A DNA stretch of 63,872 nt, filler included, from Thraustochytrium aureum (taxonomy: Eukaryota): the NCBI GenBank assembly GCA_012862495.1. It is 6 parts of 4 records of this genome, joined end to end, with 100 filler letters (N's around TTAATTAATTAA, not from the genome) between each part and the next. Parts side by side here need not be neighbours in the genome. Positions count along the whole stretch, not along the records: positions 16,060 to 22,891 come from BLSG01000310.1; positions 22,992 to 36,190 come from BLSG01000310.1; 4 more parts are not named here. The stretch is one strand, 5' to 3'. Positions 20,819 through 33,600 of the stretch are shown piece by piece. Numbering within the stretch: the stretch's first letter is position 1; each line of letters opens with the position of its first letter. Made by a program: the position numbers and the translations under genes. A model generated the notes under the pieces. That model had not been told where the DNA came from. It saw only the letters and a list, made by a program, of their open reading frames with translations, and did no database searches.

Positions 20819-22891
20819 TTACAGGTTCGGAACAATGGTGCCCTCGTCTGAGGCGCCCTCCCAGACCAGGTGCTCGTCTGGCTCCTCGTCGTGCTCCTTT
20901 CGGGCTTTGCTCCGTGATGAGGAAGTGCGCGACATCTGCGAGCGGCGGCGCGAGAGTCGCCGCGCAGAATCATACAGGCTACGACGGCCTGGACGGGGCG
21001 GCGAGGCCCCCGCGCTCCCGCTGCGCGACAGCGAACTCGTTGCCGAGAGCGAATCACCGAGCCCGCTTGATCGGCGCTGCTCTGCGGGGTTCGTAGCGAG
21101 GCCTGCCTCCACCCCTTTCTCTAGGTGGGCGGAACTTTCCGCGTCACGCCTGGGCCCGCTCGCCGAGTTTGCGTCTCGTTGGGAGGCCTCAGCCCCAGCC
21201 TCAGCCTCGGCGCCAGCGAGGTGCCATTCGAGGTCGAGCTCTTCCTCCGAGTCCTCGAGCCAATATTCATCGTTGTCAATATCTTCGACTGAGCTCACGT
21301 CCCACTCCTCTTCCATCGCGTTGTCGCCAGGCTCGTTCAAATGCAACGCTTGCCCTTCCGCCTCTGCAGCGAGCTGCTCTAGCCTGCGTGACACCAGCAC
21401 TAACGACATCGACGCACGCTCTACATTCGCTTGCGACCCAGAGCTTGCGATGGACAGCAGACTGCGATGCGAAACATGCGACGTGGACACGTGCCGGCTG
21501 CTCCTCTGCGCCTGGGCGCCAGCGCCGCCTTGCGCCACCACGTCTGCTCCTGCAGTGCCAACATCGTCCAAATCGCCAAAGTCAGCGTCCCGGGGTTTGG
21601 CTACCGAGCGACGAGCGCCCTCCTCTCGCAGGGGTCCAGCGCGTTGCCCTCCGTCGCTTTCTGTTTGCTTCTCCGCAAAACCCGGGTCGGAGCTAGCATC
21701 GACGTCGTCCATCTCGGCGTCCTCCGCCGGCGCGCTGTGGGCGTCAAGCACGCGCACATCCGCGCTGGCCTCGGCATCGCGTGGGGGCTCTGCTTGGGCG
21801 GGCTCGTCACCGGGCATGAAGAGGCGTCCGAGGCCTTGTTCAAACTCCTCAACGGACCACTCGACGTTGTTAAAGTCGCGACCAGTCTCCACCCATCGGT
21901 GCAAAAGCTCCTCGAGATTCCAGGGCCCAGCTGTGCCGAGCGCCACTGGGTGCGTCATTTCGTCGCCAAGAAACGTGGTGAGCGACAAGCTGACGCGCTT
22001 GCTGACCTTGGCCGGGGGAATTTCGTCGAAAACCAGCGAGTTGGCAAGCTCCTGCCGCATCTGGCGCACCCACGGAGGCCACGAGCCGAGCCACTCCTCG
22101 AAAGCTGGGCTGTCGAGCTGGACAGCAAGCGCGTCAAGCCTCGCGGCGTTGATTTCGGCCCCAGTGATCTTGACAAACTCGGGGAACAGCATCGCCTTTG
22201 ACGTCACGGGCAGGTTGAGGTCCTCACGCAGACAGATTTCGAACCGGAGGTAGACGCAGACGTCGTCCACATCGGCCTTGGGAAGCGACTTGATTTTCGC
22301 AGCCACGTGCTCGTGGACAATGCCGAGCCGCATGACAGAAAGTCCGAGGCTTCGCAGCGCCTCGCGGTCGCCCATTGCGCGCGCTGTCAGCATAACGATC
22401 TTGATCTGGTTGAGCGCGTGCACAACCTTGTCCCCGCAAGTGTCGACCGAGTCGGAGATGCGCACGAGAAGCTCTTCGCGAACGTCCTCCTCGGTTTGGA
22501 TAAACTCGAGCGCCTCCACGACGCGCTCAGCGAGCCCGCGGCGCATCTCGTCATGGTCAAACTCTTTGGCGACACGCATTTTGGAGAGGAAGACAAGCAC
22601 GCTGTCGCGGTAGTAGGGCCCAACGGCGCTTGGGAGCGTGGTCGCGAGGTCCAAGGCGCCAGGTTGGCCAGCAAGGCCGGCTTCGTTGATCCAGAACCGG
22701 ACGGCCTCCTCGAGCGTCCCAAACGTCTCGACGAGCTCTTCGTCTCCGATGCCCCACACGAGCTGGGGATGAGAGAGGCCCACCATTCGCACAAACTCCT
22801 GGCGGTGGATGCCAGTGTTGTGCAGGAGGATGCGACGCGGGGTCCGCAGCAGCGGCTCGGGCAGCGTGGAGACCTGACCGCACCCGCTGAT
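20819..22891 (-). CDS. NEL-domain (IpaH/SspH-type) E3 ubiquitin ligase-like protein with U-box-like segment and acidic tail; 5' truncated
   Basis: FLSKMR...LAERVVEAL...VREEL...SVDTCGDKV...DDVCVYLRFEICLREDLNLP...MLF...IT...FEEWLGSWPPW matches the NEL layout including the catalytic CxD. LRR-like ISGCGQVSTLPEPLL lies at the scaffold end. Confidence 0.8.
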   Translation of the reverse strand: MSGCGQVSTLPEPLLRTPRRILLHNTGIHRQEFVRMVGLSHPQLVWGIGDEELVETFGTLEEAVRFWINEAGLAGQPGALDLATTLPSAVGPYYRDSVLVFLSKMRVAKEFDHDEMRRGLAERVVEALEFIQTEEDVREELLVRISDSVDTCGDKVVHALNQIKIVMLTARAMGDREALRSLGLSVMRLGIVHEHVAAKIKSLPKADVDDVCVYLRFEICLREDLNLPVTSKAMLFPEFVKITGAEINAARLDALAVQLDSPAFEEWLGSWPPWVRQMRQELANSLVFDEIPPAKVSKRVSLSLTTFLGDEMTHPVALGTAGPWNLEELLHRWVETGRDFNNVEWSVEEFEQGLGRLFMPGDEPAQAEPPRDAEASADVRVLDAHSAPAEDAEMDDVDASSDPGFAEKQTESDGGQRAGPLREEGARRSVAKPRDADFGDLDDVGTAGADVVAQGGAGAQAQRSSRHVSTSHVSHRSLLSIASSGSQANVERASMSLVLVSRRLEQLAAEAEGQALHLNEPGDNAMEEEWDVSSVEDIDNDEYWLEDSEEELDLEWHLAGAEAEAGAEASQRDANSASGPRRDAESSAHLEKGVEAGLATNPAEQRRSSGLGDSLSATSSLSRSGSAGASPPRPGRRSLYDSARRLSRRRSQMSRTSSSRSKARKEHDEEPDEHLVWEGASDEGTIVPNL

Positions 22892-22991
22892 NNNNNNNNN
22901 NNNNNNNNNNNNNNNNNNNNNNNNNNNNNNNNNNNTTAATTAATTAANNNNNNNNNNNNNNNNNNNNNNNNNNNNNNNNNNNNNNNNNNNN
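22892..22991. other. Artificial scaffold linker
   Basis: TTAATTAATTAA at 22936-22947. Confidence 0.97.
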
Positions 22992-25083
22992 CACGCCTCG
23001 GGGCCGATGTCGTTGTCCGAGATGTCGAGCTCGAGGCGGCGCGGAGCACTGCCCTCGGCAGGCGCCGCGGCGCGCAAGCCGGCGGCGAGCTCAAGGCCAT
23101 CCAGCGGCCCCAGCTCGTTCGAAGCGAGCCCGAGCTTGCGCAGGGGGCAGTCTCCGCGAGCGAGGATCGCTGCAAGATCGACCGCCCCGGCGCCTACCGC
23201 GCAGCGATTCATGTTGAGCTCAACCAGACGAGAGCTCGGAGCGGCAAGCAGGGCGAAGACCGCCCCGCTGCCGTCAGGGCCGAGGTCGTTGCCAGAGAGG
23301 TCTAGGCTGCGGAGCCCGAGCAACTTGGCGACCACTTGGCCGTCCCTTGGGTCCAGGCCGCTGTCGGCAACGGCGAGGTCGCGCAGGTGGCCCGTGCCCG
23401 CATTGGCCAGCGCCGATACCAAAGCAGAGCCAGCTTGGGCGTTGCCGGATATGTCCAGGCGCTGCAGCGACGAAAAGCGCAGCGCCGAGCCGAGCGCCGC
23501 CGCAGCGCCGGGGAGGAGTCCGTTTCCCGCAGGGAAAGGGCCGTGAGAGACGAGTTTGCGCGCAGCGCCGCCGCGATGCTCAGCAGCGCAACCTCGTCGG
23601 CGACGCCGAGCGCGTCTGAAGCCGCGCTAGCAAGGGCCGGCCCTGCTGATGCTGTTGGCGACGAGCCTCTCAAGGGGGGACTGCGGGAAGCCAAGGCGCA
23701 CGGACGAGGCCGGGTTCATCGACGCGCTGTGCCGCGTCTTGGAGGACGCCAGCGCAGCAGCGCTCCCAGCGGACCGCAGCCGGGTGGCACCTGCGCGGGC
23801 CAGGCCGAAGCCGGCCTCCCCTGCGCGCGAAATGGAGCTCGTGATGCGCCCGGCGCGACTTGTGTTGCCGTATACGCCGCTCGAGCGCCCCAAGAGCTGG
23901 AGCGCTGCAGAGCGCCTCGACGCGTTTGACGGCTGAAGCATGTTGGCGTCGAGGTTGAGCTCGCGCAGCGCCGTGCGGGGGTCGGAGAGGAGGCGCGCGA
24001 GCGCAATGCCGCCCCGTGGCCCGATCGAGTTGTGCGAGAGGTCCAGAACCTCGACGAATGGGCACGAGGCGAGCGCCTCGGCGAGCGCCACTGCGACGCT
24101 GTGCGAGAGCCGGTTGTGAGACAGGTCGAGGCGCTGCAAATGCCTCGTGGTTGAAAGCAAATGGCGCAGGGCCAGCCCAAGCTCGTTAACGCCATTGCGG
24201 CGCTCGGTGCGGACCCACTCGACGAACGGCCGGTAGTCTGCCGCGATGGAGGGCTTTGCCTTGAACGGCAGGCGGCCAAAGTTGACCTGCACGCGAAAGC
24301 GGGAGCTGGCGGTGACCACCGGGCGCACGCCGCCGTACACCTTGATGTTGGTAAAGGCCACTCCGATGAGGTGCCCGTTCAGCGCAAAGCTGATCGTGCG
24401 TCGGTCGAGGTCGATCATGCAGCCGACCGAGTCGCCCGGGTTCACGGCTTTGCCCCAGCGCTCGGAGGTCTTTCTGTGCCACGTCAGAACCCGCACCGGG
24501 TCGAACGACCAGCTGTGCTGGTCGTCGCCGACCCCGTCCAGGCTGTCCTTGACCTGGAACCCCGTGTCCGCCCAGCCAATCTGAATGCACTCTCCTTGCT
24601 CCATACGAAGCATTGTGACCTCAAAGTACCAGCGCCCCTCGCGGATCGCCGTTTGCTTGGCGTCCACGGTGGACCAGGTGCGAAAATCGAGCTCGCCCGT
24701 GCTCTGGTGGACCCGTACGTCGCCGGTGAAGGCCTGCAGGTGGCCGAGGTCCGCCTTGATCGAATTGCGGAGGCCCAGCTCCTTGAGCGTTGTTGCCTTG
24801 CGAACAACGCCGACCAGGCTCTCGTTTCCGCCGAGGTCGGTGCTGTTCAGCACGAGGCGCTCGACGCCCGCGTTCCGCTCCACTGCTCGGGCCACCTTGG
24901 CAGCCATGTCTGCGCCGAGAGCGATATTTTTCATCTCCACGCTGCGCAGGCTCGCTGAGGTTTCCAGCGCGCGCATCATCTCGGAGTTGGCCAGGAGCCG
25001 GGGCGCCACGGTATCGTCTTCAAGCGCGACCTCGCGCACCGACCCGCTGCGGAGGCCGTCCGCGAGGCGCGAAACCAGGGCCT
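22992..25083 (-). CDS. RI-like LRR protein with embedded SPRY domain (partial at both ends, frameshifted)
   Basis: SPRY: GRWYFEV...IQIGWA...GVGDDQHSWSFD...GDSVGCMIDLDRRTISFALNG. LRRs: LQRLDLSHNRL, VLDLSHNSIGPRG, LRSLDLSGNDLGPDG, LDISDNDIGPE. Confidence 0.85.
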
Positions 25084-27730
25084 NNNNNNNNNNNNNNNNN
25101 NNNNNNNNNNNNNNNNNNNNNNNNNNNNNNNNNNNNNNNNNNNNNNNNNNNNNNNNNNNNNNNNNNNNNNNNNNNNNNNNNNNNNNNNNNNNNNNNNNNN
25201 NNNNNNNNNNNNNNNNNNNNNNNNNNNNNNNNNNNNNNNNNNNNNNNNNNNNNNNNNNNNNNNNNNNNNNNNNNNNNNNNNNNNNNNNNNNNNNNNNNNN
25301 NNNNNNNNNNNNNNNNNNNNNNNNNNNNNNNNNNNNNNNNNNNNNNNNNNNNNNNNNNNNNNNNNNNNNNNNNNNNNNNNNNNNNNNNNNNNNNNNNNNN
25401 NNNNNNNNNNNNNNNNNNNNNNNNNNNNNNNNNNNNNNNNNNNNNNNNNNNNNNNNNNNNNNNNNNNNNNNNNNNNNNNNNNNNNNNNNNNNNNNNNNNN
25501 NNNNNNNNNNNNNNNNNNNNNNNNNNNNNNNNNNNNNNNNNNNNNNNNNNNNNNNNNNNNNNNNNNNNNNNNNNNNNNNNNNNNNNNNNNNNNNNNNNNN
25601 NNNNNNNNNNNNNNNNNNNNNNNNNNNNNNNNNNNNNNNNNNNNNNNNNNNNNNNNNNNNNNNNNNNNNNNNNNNNNNNNNNNNNNNNNNNNNNNNNNNN
25701 NNNNNNNNNNNNNNNNNNNNNNNNNNNNNNNNNNNNNNNNNNNNNNNNNNNNNNNNNNNNNNNNNNNNNNNNNNNNNNNNNNNNNNNNNNNNNNNNNNNN
25801 NNNNNNNNNNNNNNNNNNNNNNNNNNNNNNNNNNNNNNNNNNNNNNNNNNNNNNNNNNNNNNNNNNNNNNNNNNNNNNNNNNNNNNNNNNNNNNNNNNNN
25901 NNNNNNNNNNNNNNNNNNNNNNNNNNNNNNNNNNNNNNNNNNNNNNNNNNNNNNNNNNNNNNNNNNNNNNNNNNNNNNNNNNNNNNNNNNNNNNNNNNNN
26001 NNNNNNNNNNNNNNNNNNNNNNNNNNNNNNNNNNNNNNNNNNNNNNNNNNNNNNNNNNNNNNNNNNNNNNNNNNNNNNNNNGCTGCGCTCCAATCGGGCA
26101 AACCAAGCGCCCCGTCCCTCGGCAAAACACCTCTCCTTTAATTCCCCGCCTCACATCCACCACGCACAAAAAAACAAGGCTGTGAGCGTAAAAACGGATC
26201 TCCCTCTCAAACCTTTAATTTCCCCGAGGGGTCGGACGAATTATTAAAGTGATGGATATGCCGGGATGGGGCTTAGACACGGAATATTGATACCCCCTCA
26301 TGGACTTTGGGTTGAGGGAACGCGAGGCATGCGTGATGGGGGGTAGGTGTGCATCGGTGCAGGGCAGTCGCGGAGGTAATGCGGGGAAAGCGGCCCTGGT
26401 CTGGTGGCTCGTGGCCAGAAAAGGCCAAGGGGAACTCGTGCCGCGGCTTTCGCTGCCTTTGATTGTGCGTTGTTGTGTTCTCGTCGGGATGCTGGGCCAG
26501 CGGCGGGGTTCGAAGCGAGCGCCGAGGATGGCTCTGAACGCGATGCGGGTGATGCGGTGGCGTCTCTCATCAGATGGGCGGTGCGCTCTGCTGCGCCTTG
26601 GGTTGCAAGGCTCTGCGCTGCGCTCGGTTGGCTCGCTTTTGTTTGTGCTCGTTGCCATGCAAAATCTCATCGGCAGCCTGGCGCGTCGCCAGGCGACCCA
26701 CGGCGCCGCGCGCCCGCCCCCACAACCATGCAGTTGGTTGCCGCAGGTCGGCATTTTGTTTTGGTGCTGTTCGTTGTCTTGCAGTGATTCCGATTGAAAA
26801 CGCGAGCCGGCACGAGGAAACATTCGAACCTTCAATCAACTGATTGATTGAGCAAGTCAGCGGCCGACGGGATGGCGACGAAGCGGCATCATCGTCGAAC
26901 CTCGCCTTGCAATTTACTCGAGTTCTCAACCGAACGGAAGCCCAAGCCGAGCATGCCCAAGGCAGAATACTCGACAGCGATTCGGGGCCACTTGCAGCGC
27001 CTCTCCAGAGCTAGCGAGCGGCCGACCGGTCGAGAGCACTTTCTCCATCCTGCACGCCCAGTCAGCGAGCGGCTGCCCGCCAGGACCGACAGGCGAGCCG
27101 TCACGCTCCATCACGACCGCGCGCGACCGCTTGCATCGTGGCGGTTTTCCCAAGCCCAAAAGTTACCGGTCGGCGTCCGCGCCCAACTGTGCAACTGCCC
27201 GCACCGGCGGCAGGCGCAGGCGCGGCGCCTCTGGCCGCGAGTGCGTCAGCGCGCGTGGGAGTGGTGGCCGGGCAGCGTCCCGCGGCGGCTGCAGCGCCTG
27301 TCCGCGCGCTCGCGAGCTGGAGCGAGCTGCAGCAGCTCGGCCACAGTTTAAAGAGCGCGAGCCTTCCTCCTTGTTGAACAAGATGAACAGGTTGCGTGAG
27401 GTTTAAAAGCGAGCGGCGAGCGGCGAAGCGAGCGGCGCGGCAGACCCCCAACGCGGACGCGGCAGTTGCAGTGGCGGCGCAGGAGGCCAGGCGAGGACGT
27501 GCACGTTGGGCTCGCTGCGCGGGGCTGCCTGCTGTGGCGCGTCCACTTTGGCGCGGGATCTCGGCCTCGACCGGTGCGTTTGTTGGTCGTTGCGGTGATC
27601 CAAACCGACCAGCCCGGCGCTCCTCGCACGCGCAGCAGGCCCAGCGCGCGAGTCGGTCGCTGGCCTCGGCATAGAGCGGCACGACGCGCGGCGCGGAGGC
27701 GGCGCTGGAGGCTGGTTTGGCGCGGACCGA

Positions 27731-30358
27731 ATGGACGGCAAGGAGAACGAGGCGGCGCAAGCCGGGGCCAACGGCGGCGACGGGCGGGCCGGCCCGAAGG
27801 CGGCCGACGGCGAGGCGGGCATCGACGCGCGCACGCTGCAACGGGAGTGCGACGCGATCTGTGTCGCACTGGAGAAGAAGGATGCTGACTGGACCGACCG
27901 CGTGGCCGCGATCGAGCGGCTGCGCAAGGTGGCCGAGCAAGGCGCTGTGGCGCACGAGGAGTTCTTCGCGGTGCTGGCGCGGCTGCGCGACCCCCTTATC
28001 ACGCAGATCAAGGACTTGCGCTCCTCGATTGTAAAAGAGGTCTGCGCGACCATCTGCACGATCGCCAGCAAGGTCCAAGCGCACACGCTGAGACTGGGGC
28101 GTGCAAGTGGCCGCCCGCCTGGGCGGCCCTCGTGGTCGTGTTCACCGAAATGTGCCTCAAGCAGGCCTGCGTCACCATCAAGGTGATCTCAGAGTCCGCG
28201 GATCAGTGCATCCGGTCCATGGTCTCCGGGCTCGCGCCGTTCGGGCTCCAAAAGCTCTTGACGCACCTATGCCAGAGCGTTTCGAACAAAGCTGTTCACA
28301 TCCGCCTTGTCAGCGTCCAGTGCGTGGGGCAGGCTCTCAGCGAGTGGACGTCCATGACGCGCACACCTGCGACTTCGCGCCGCTGGACGGAGCTTCGTGA
28401 GGCCCTAAAGCTGGGCCTGTTCGACTCGGACGACGCCGTGCGCCGGTCCGCCAGAGACTGCTTTTGGGGGCTCCACCAGTGGTCCCCCGAGACTGCGGAC
28501 CAGCTCTTGCGCGGGCTGGACGACGCCACGCAGCGCCGGATTTCAGCGGTACGGCCCGCCATCTCTTCAAGCCCTGCACGGCCCCCTGCTGTTGCGGCCG
28601 GCCGCCCCAAGCAGCCACCGATCGAGCAGCCAGAGCCGAACCAGCTGGGCGGTAGCGGGGGGCGCGCGCGGCGCCAAGCCCCGCTTTGTCTGCGTCGAGC
28701 TCGGGCTCGGGCAGTGGCGCAGTCAGGCCGCCGTCGCCGATGGTCGTCAACGCCGAAGCGCGCCCTCCCTCCCCGCTCGGCGGGCTGAGGCCGCCCTCGC
28801 CAAACCTCACCGGCTCAGGTGGCCCGTTCAAGGGCCGCGCCGTTCGCGTGCAGCGAGATGCCGAAAAGGCGGCAGCTGCAGGTGGACCTTCAAGCGCCGC
28901 TCCNNNNNNNNNNNNNNNNNNNNNNNNNNNNNNNNNNNNNNNNNNNNNNNNNNNNNNNNNNNNNNNNNNNNNNNNNNNNNNNNNNNNNNNNNNNNNNNNN
29001 NNNNNNNNNNNNNNNNNNNNNNNNNNNNNNNNNNNNNNNNNNNNNNNNNNNNNNNNNNNNNNNNNNNNNNNNNNNNNNNNNNNNNNNNNNNNNNNNNNNN
29101 NNNNNNNNNNNNNNNNNNNNNNNNNNNNNNNNNNNNNNNNNNNNNNNNNNNNNNNNNNNNNNNNNNNNNNNNNNNNNNNNNNNNNNNNNNNNNNNNNNNN
29201 NNNNNNNNNNNNNNNNNNNNNNNNNNNNNNNNNNNNNNNNNNNNNNNNNNNNNNNNNNNNNNNNNNNNNNNNNNNNNNNNNNNNNNNNNNNNNNNNNNNN
29301 NNNNNNNNNNNNNNNNNNNNNNNNNNNNNNNNNNNNNNNNNNNNNNNNNNNNNNNNNNNNNNNNNNNNNNNNNNNNNNNNNNNNNNNNNNNNNNNNNNNN
29401 NNNNNNNNNNNNNNNNNNNNNNNNNNNNNNNNNNNNNNNNNNNNNNNNNNNNNNNNNNNNNNNNNNNNNNNNNNNNNNNNNNNNNNNNNNNNNNNNNNNN
29501 NNNNNNNNNNNNNNNNNNNNNNNNNNNNNNNNNNNNNNNNNNNNNNNNNNNNNNNNNNNNNNNNNNNNNNNNNNNNNNNNNNNNNNNNNNNNNNNNNNNN
29601 NNNNNNNNNNNNNNNNNNNNNNNNNNNNNNNNNNNNNNNNNNNNNNNNNNNNNNNNNNNNNNNNNNNNNNNNNNNNNNNNNNNNNNNNNNNNNNCACGCG
29701 CGAGCTAGCGGTGACCGTGCTGAGCAAACTCGCGATGGTCCAGCCGTCGCTCTTGGACCAGTTCCTAGAGGCGGTTCTCACGCAGCTCATTGAGAGCTTT
29801 CGGAGGGAGGGCAGCGGGGTGCTCGAGTCTGTCTCGCAGTGCCTCGAGCTGGTCGTCGCCTCGGCCGAGCCCGTGCGATGCTTTGCTGCCCTCCTCCAGC
29901 TTGCTTCAACAGAGAGCGGCGAGGTGCTTCGGGAAGCGCTTGTCCTCCTGTGCATGATCTTCAAGCGGCTGCCGTCGCCGGTGCTCCTTGACTCGCTCCC
30001 GTCGCTTGCGCCGGCGCTAACAGAGGCGTTTGAGGACACCAGTGCGACGGTGCGCCGCATGGCGATGCTCAGCTTCGTCGAGCTGGACACGCTGCTTGGG
30101 GCGCCTTTCGAGCCTTACATGCAAGCCCTCTCTCTGGCGCAGAAAAAGTTGGTGACGATGTACGTCAGCCGCGGCAAGCGTGCCAGGACTGCGAGCCGTC
30201 GGGCCTGGGAGGGCCGCGCGGCGCCGACCCCAACGGTCCCGGAAAAAACGATGCGTGGCCGCGCGCTCGTGCCGTCGCCGGTCCCGCTCTTTCCGGCTGC
30301 GCTTTCAGGCTCGAACGGCGCTGAGGCGCGCGAAACGCCGAAAACGGAGGTTGCGTGA
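27731..30358 (+). CDS. CLASP: CLASP-family TOG/HEAT microtubule-associated protein (frameshifted, gapped)
   Basis: DWTDRVAAIERLR...QIKDLRSSIVKEVC...GLFDSDDAVRRSARDCFW; Ser/Pro linker; C-terminal HEAT repeats ending LSLAQKKLVTMY. Confidence 0.8.
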
Positions 30359-30648
30359 GACCTAGCGAATGGCGAACCTCTGCGACGGGGAGCGCGTGTA
30401 GACAACTATTTTACAGCGTGTGGTGGTTGTGGTGGTCTGTTTCTCTCTGCGCAGGCAACAGAAATGGCCGGCGAGCGCCTGGCTTCTGCCTTTGCCCACA
30501 GAGCTGCAGTGCGCTCGTGGTCTGTACCGTATTTACAACGCGAAACGCGTGGAGGAGGGAGGAGACGAGTACCAAGCAGGCTCGGGGCCCCGCGCTCGCT
30601 CCCTCATTTGCCAAAGGAAGAATGAATCTTGCTGTTTGTTTGTCTCTG

Positions 30649-33600
30649 TCAGTGTTCCATGGCGCAGACAAGCCCAATGGCGTTGGTGGTCCCGAGCGGG
30701 GACAAGGTACAGACCGGGCAGAGCTGCTTGGCAAACTCCGGCTTGGCAAACGCGTTGCAAAAGGGGCACTTCACGGACGGCTGGCCCACAGGGATGGGCT
30801 TGAAGCTGGCCGCGCAAATCTGGAACTGCGTGTCGTTCTCGTCAAAGTCGAGCTCCTTCTCGTTGCTCGCGTTCTGCTCCGAGTTGCGAAGCACTTTGGT
30901 GGCCTTCGTCTTGAGCGTGGCCTGCGAGGGCGCGTTGATCTCCTTGGCGTTGAGGAGGCGCTGCGCAAACGACGCTGCAGTGATAAAGTTGCGCAGCTTG
31001 AACGCGCGCGTCATTGCCAAGTTGAGCACCAAGACCATGTGAGCCGACTGCAGCTTGCACCGCGTGAAATAGGCGGCTAGCTCAGTCTGGCGCACCTCGT
31101 CCTCGGTGTCCTTGCGCTGGAGCTCGATGAGGATACCCAAGACATACTCCTTGCACTCGGCAAGAAGCTCGCGGACCTGGACGACCTCTTGGCGCTCGAC
31201 CACGAGCAGAGGGATGGAGAAGAGGATGGACCGAAACGCTTCGAGCGCCTCTGCAAACTTGCCGCCCTGGAATGCGCGGTACGCGAGGCGCGTACGATCC
31301 ATGAGCGCCTGTAGCTTGATGCAGGTGTTGGGCAGCCCGCGCTTTCCGGGGTCTGCCTCGGCATCGTTGCGCTGCAGCAGAGAGAGGTTGGACATGGTCC
31401 CCGGCAGCCCCGGCACGAGCGCGCGCGCGCCCAGGTACGTGTCCATCAAGATCGGCTTGAGCGGGTCAAAGTTGACGACGCCGATCTGGCGGTTGAGGAG
31501 GCGCATGGCCGAGTCAAAGTTGCCCGCGGCGACGTGGTCGGCCGCCAAGGACGAGTTTTGCGCCCAGAGCATCGCCTTGTCGGTGCCGGGGGTTGGCGCG
31601 ACGAAAACGTCGCCATTGCCAAACGACCCGTCGGCGCCGTCGAGGCCGTCGTCGCCAGCCCCGAGGCCATCATCGCCAAAGTCAATATCGAGCTCATTGT
31701 CCCCTGTGCCCCAGCCCTCTGCCTCGCCGCCCTCGGCGGCGCCAGCAGGTGCTCCGAGGATGTCGTCTTCGTCTTCGTCGTTGAAGCCGTCGTTGAAGCC
31801 ATCATCGTTGAAGCCTACATTCTCGCTTGTGTCGGCGTCCTCGAGCCCCGCCTGGGCCTCGTTGTAGGCTCCGAGGTCGGCGTCCTCGGGCGACACGCCA
31901 GCTTGCAGTACCTGGTGGATGATGCTGCCCTGTACCTCGATGAGCGGCCAGTTTTCCCTCCGTGTCGCGCAGAATTGGGTTGGGCGGCACCAGGAGCGAG
32001 CCGCTGTTCGGGTTGACCGCAGGGATGGCGACATCGGCCGCTTGGAGCGCCTCTTTGATCCGCTCGGCGTCCTCGACGAGGCCGTGCGAGACGGCTGCCA
32101 CATAGGCCAGCGCCAGCTGGCCGACCTGCTCGAGGATGCGAACGCGTTCGGAGGCGTCGCCGAGGTAGAGCGCGTTGTGAAACCGCGACATGACGTCGCC
32201 GCGCATCTCTGCGATCTTTAGCATCTTGGCGAGTTTGTCGCGGTTGCCCGTGATGAGGTAGAGGAAGCTGAGTCGCTCAAAGTCCTTGGTGCGCTGGTAC
32301 GCCATCTCGACGACCTTGTGGTTGCCCTGGCGCAGGGCCTCGACGCCGAGGCGGTTCCAGCACTCGGCATCGTCGACCTCGAGCGCGGACGACATGGCGA
32401 CCTCGAGGTTGCCGCACTCGATGGCGAGGTTGAAGCGCGTTTTCTTGTCCTCGACAAAGTGCAAGGCAACCTCGGGGAACCCCTTGGCCTGGAGGTAGGC
32501 GATGATGGCTTGTCCGCAGAGGCGCGAGTGGCGGATCATGCGAATCACCTCGCCGTATTGCTTGCGCATGAGCGCAACCTTGAAGAAGCACTCGGTGGTG
32601 TCGATGCTGAGGGTGCGGAGCTTGCACTCCCGGTCCAGGCAGAAGAGCGAGTCCTTGGTGACGCGCGTGATGTAGACCGGCAGGTCGAGGGTGCGAATCA
32701 CCCCGCTGTCGCCGTTGGAGATGCAGTACTTGATGTGGTTGAGCGTGGCGTACACAAAGACGCCCTGCGGACCCCAGGCGCCGCTTTTGACGCGAACGGT
32801 TTCTGCGACCGTGCACTGCTGCTCGAGCTGTTTGTTGCAAATGACGACTGCGTGCTTGCAGAGGAGCGCGACGAACGAGCCGTCCGCGTTCCAGACCACG
32901 TAGCGGACGTGCGGGACGACGACCTCGCCCAGCACCTTGCGCGCCTGCGTGTCGAAGAGCGTGATGCGGTCCTCGCTGCGCAAGAGCACGCGGCCGGCCG
33001 TGCCCCCAGAAAACATGCCGTCCGTGGTCGGGTAAGGGGCGGGAAACCGCTTCGAGACCTCGTTTCGGAGGTTTTTGATCTGGATCTGGCGCGAACGGTC
33101 GAGCACGGCGAAGCGGTTGCGCGCGATGAATGCAGCGCCTAGGGCGGGGCCGCGCTTGGCATCGGGCACCTCGCTCGTGTTGGCGGCGCCGCCCGCGGTC
33201 TTGGGGATGCAGACCAGCTCATAAGTGCCGCCTTCGACGTCGCTGAGCACGAGGATGTTGATCTCGGCCGCGTTGAGCGAGTTGAAGGCCAAGCTGCGCG
33301 GCGCAGTGCCCAGGGAGGTACCCGTCCCCGAGCTGCGGCGCAGCGAGACCTGGACCACGTCCTCACCNNNNNNNNNNNNNNNNNNNNNNNNNNNNNNNNN
33401 NNNNNNNNNNNNNNNNNNNNNNNNNNNNNNNNNNNNNNNNNNNNNNNNNNNNNNNNNNNNNNNNNNNNNNNNNNNNNNNNNNNNNNNNNNNNNNNNNNNN
33501 NNNNNNNNNNNNNNNNNNNNNNNNNNNNNNNNNNNNNNNNNNNNNNNNNNNNNNNNNNNNNNNNNNNNNNNNNNNNNNNNNNNNNNNNNNNNNNNNNNNN

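Noticed and set aside
26300..27400. Possible genes between the LRR-SPRY and CLASP genes
   Set aside because: Only short low-complexity ORFs without recognisable motifs; cannot be supported.
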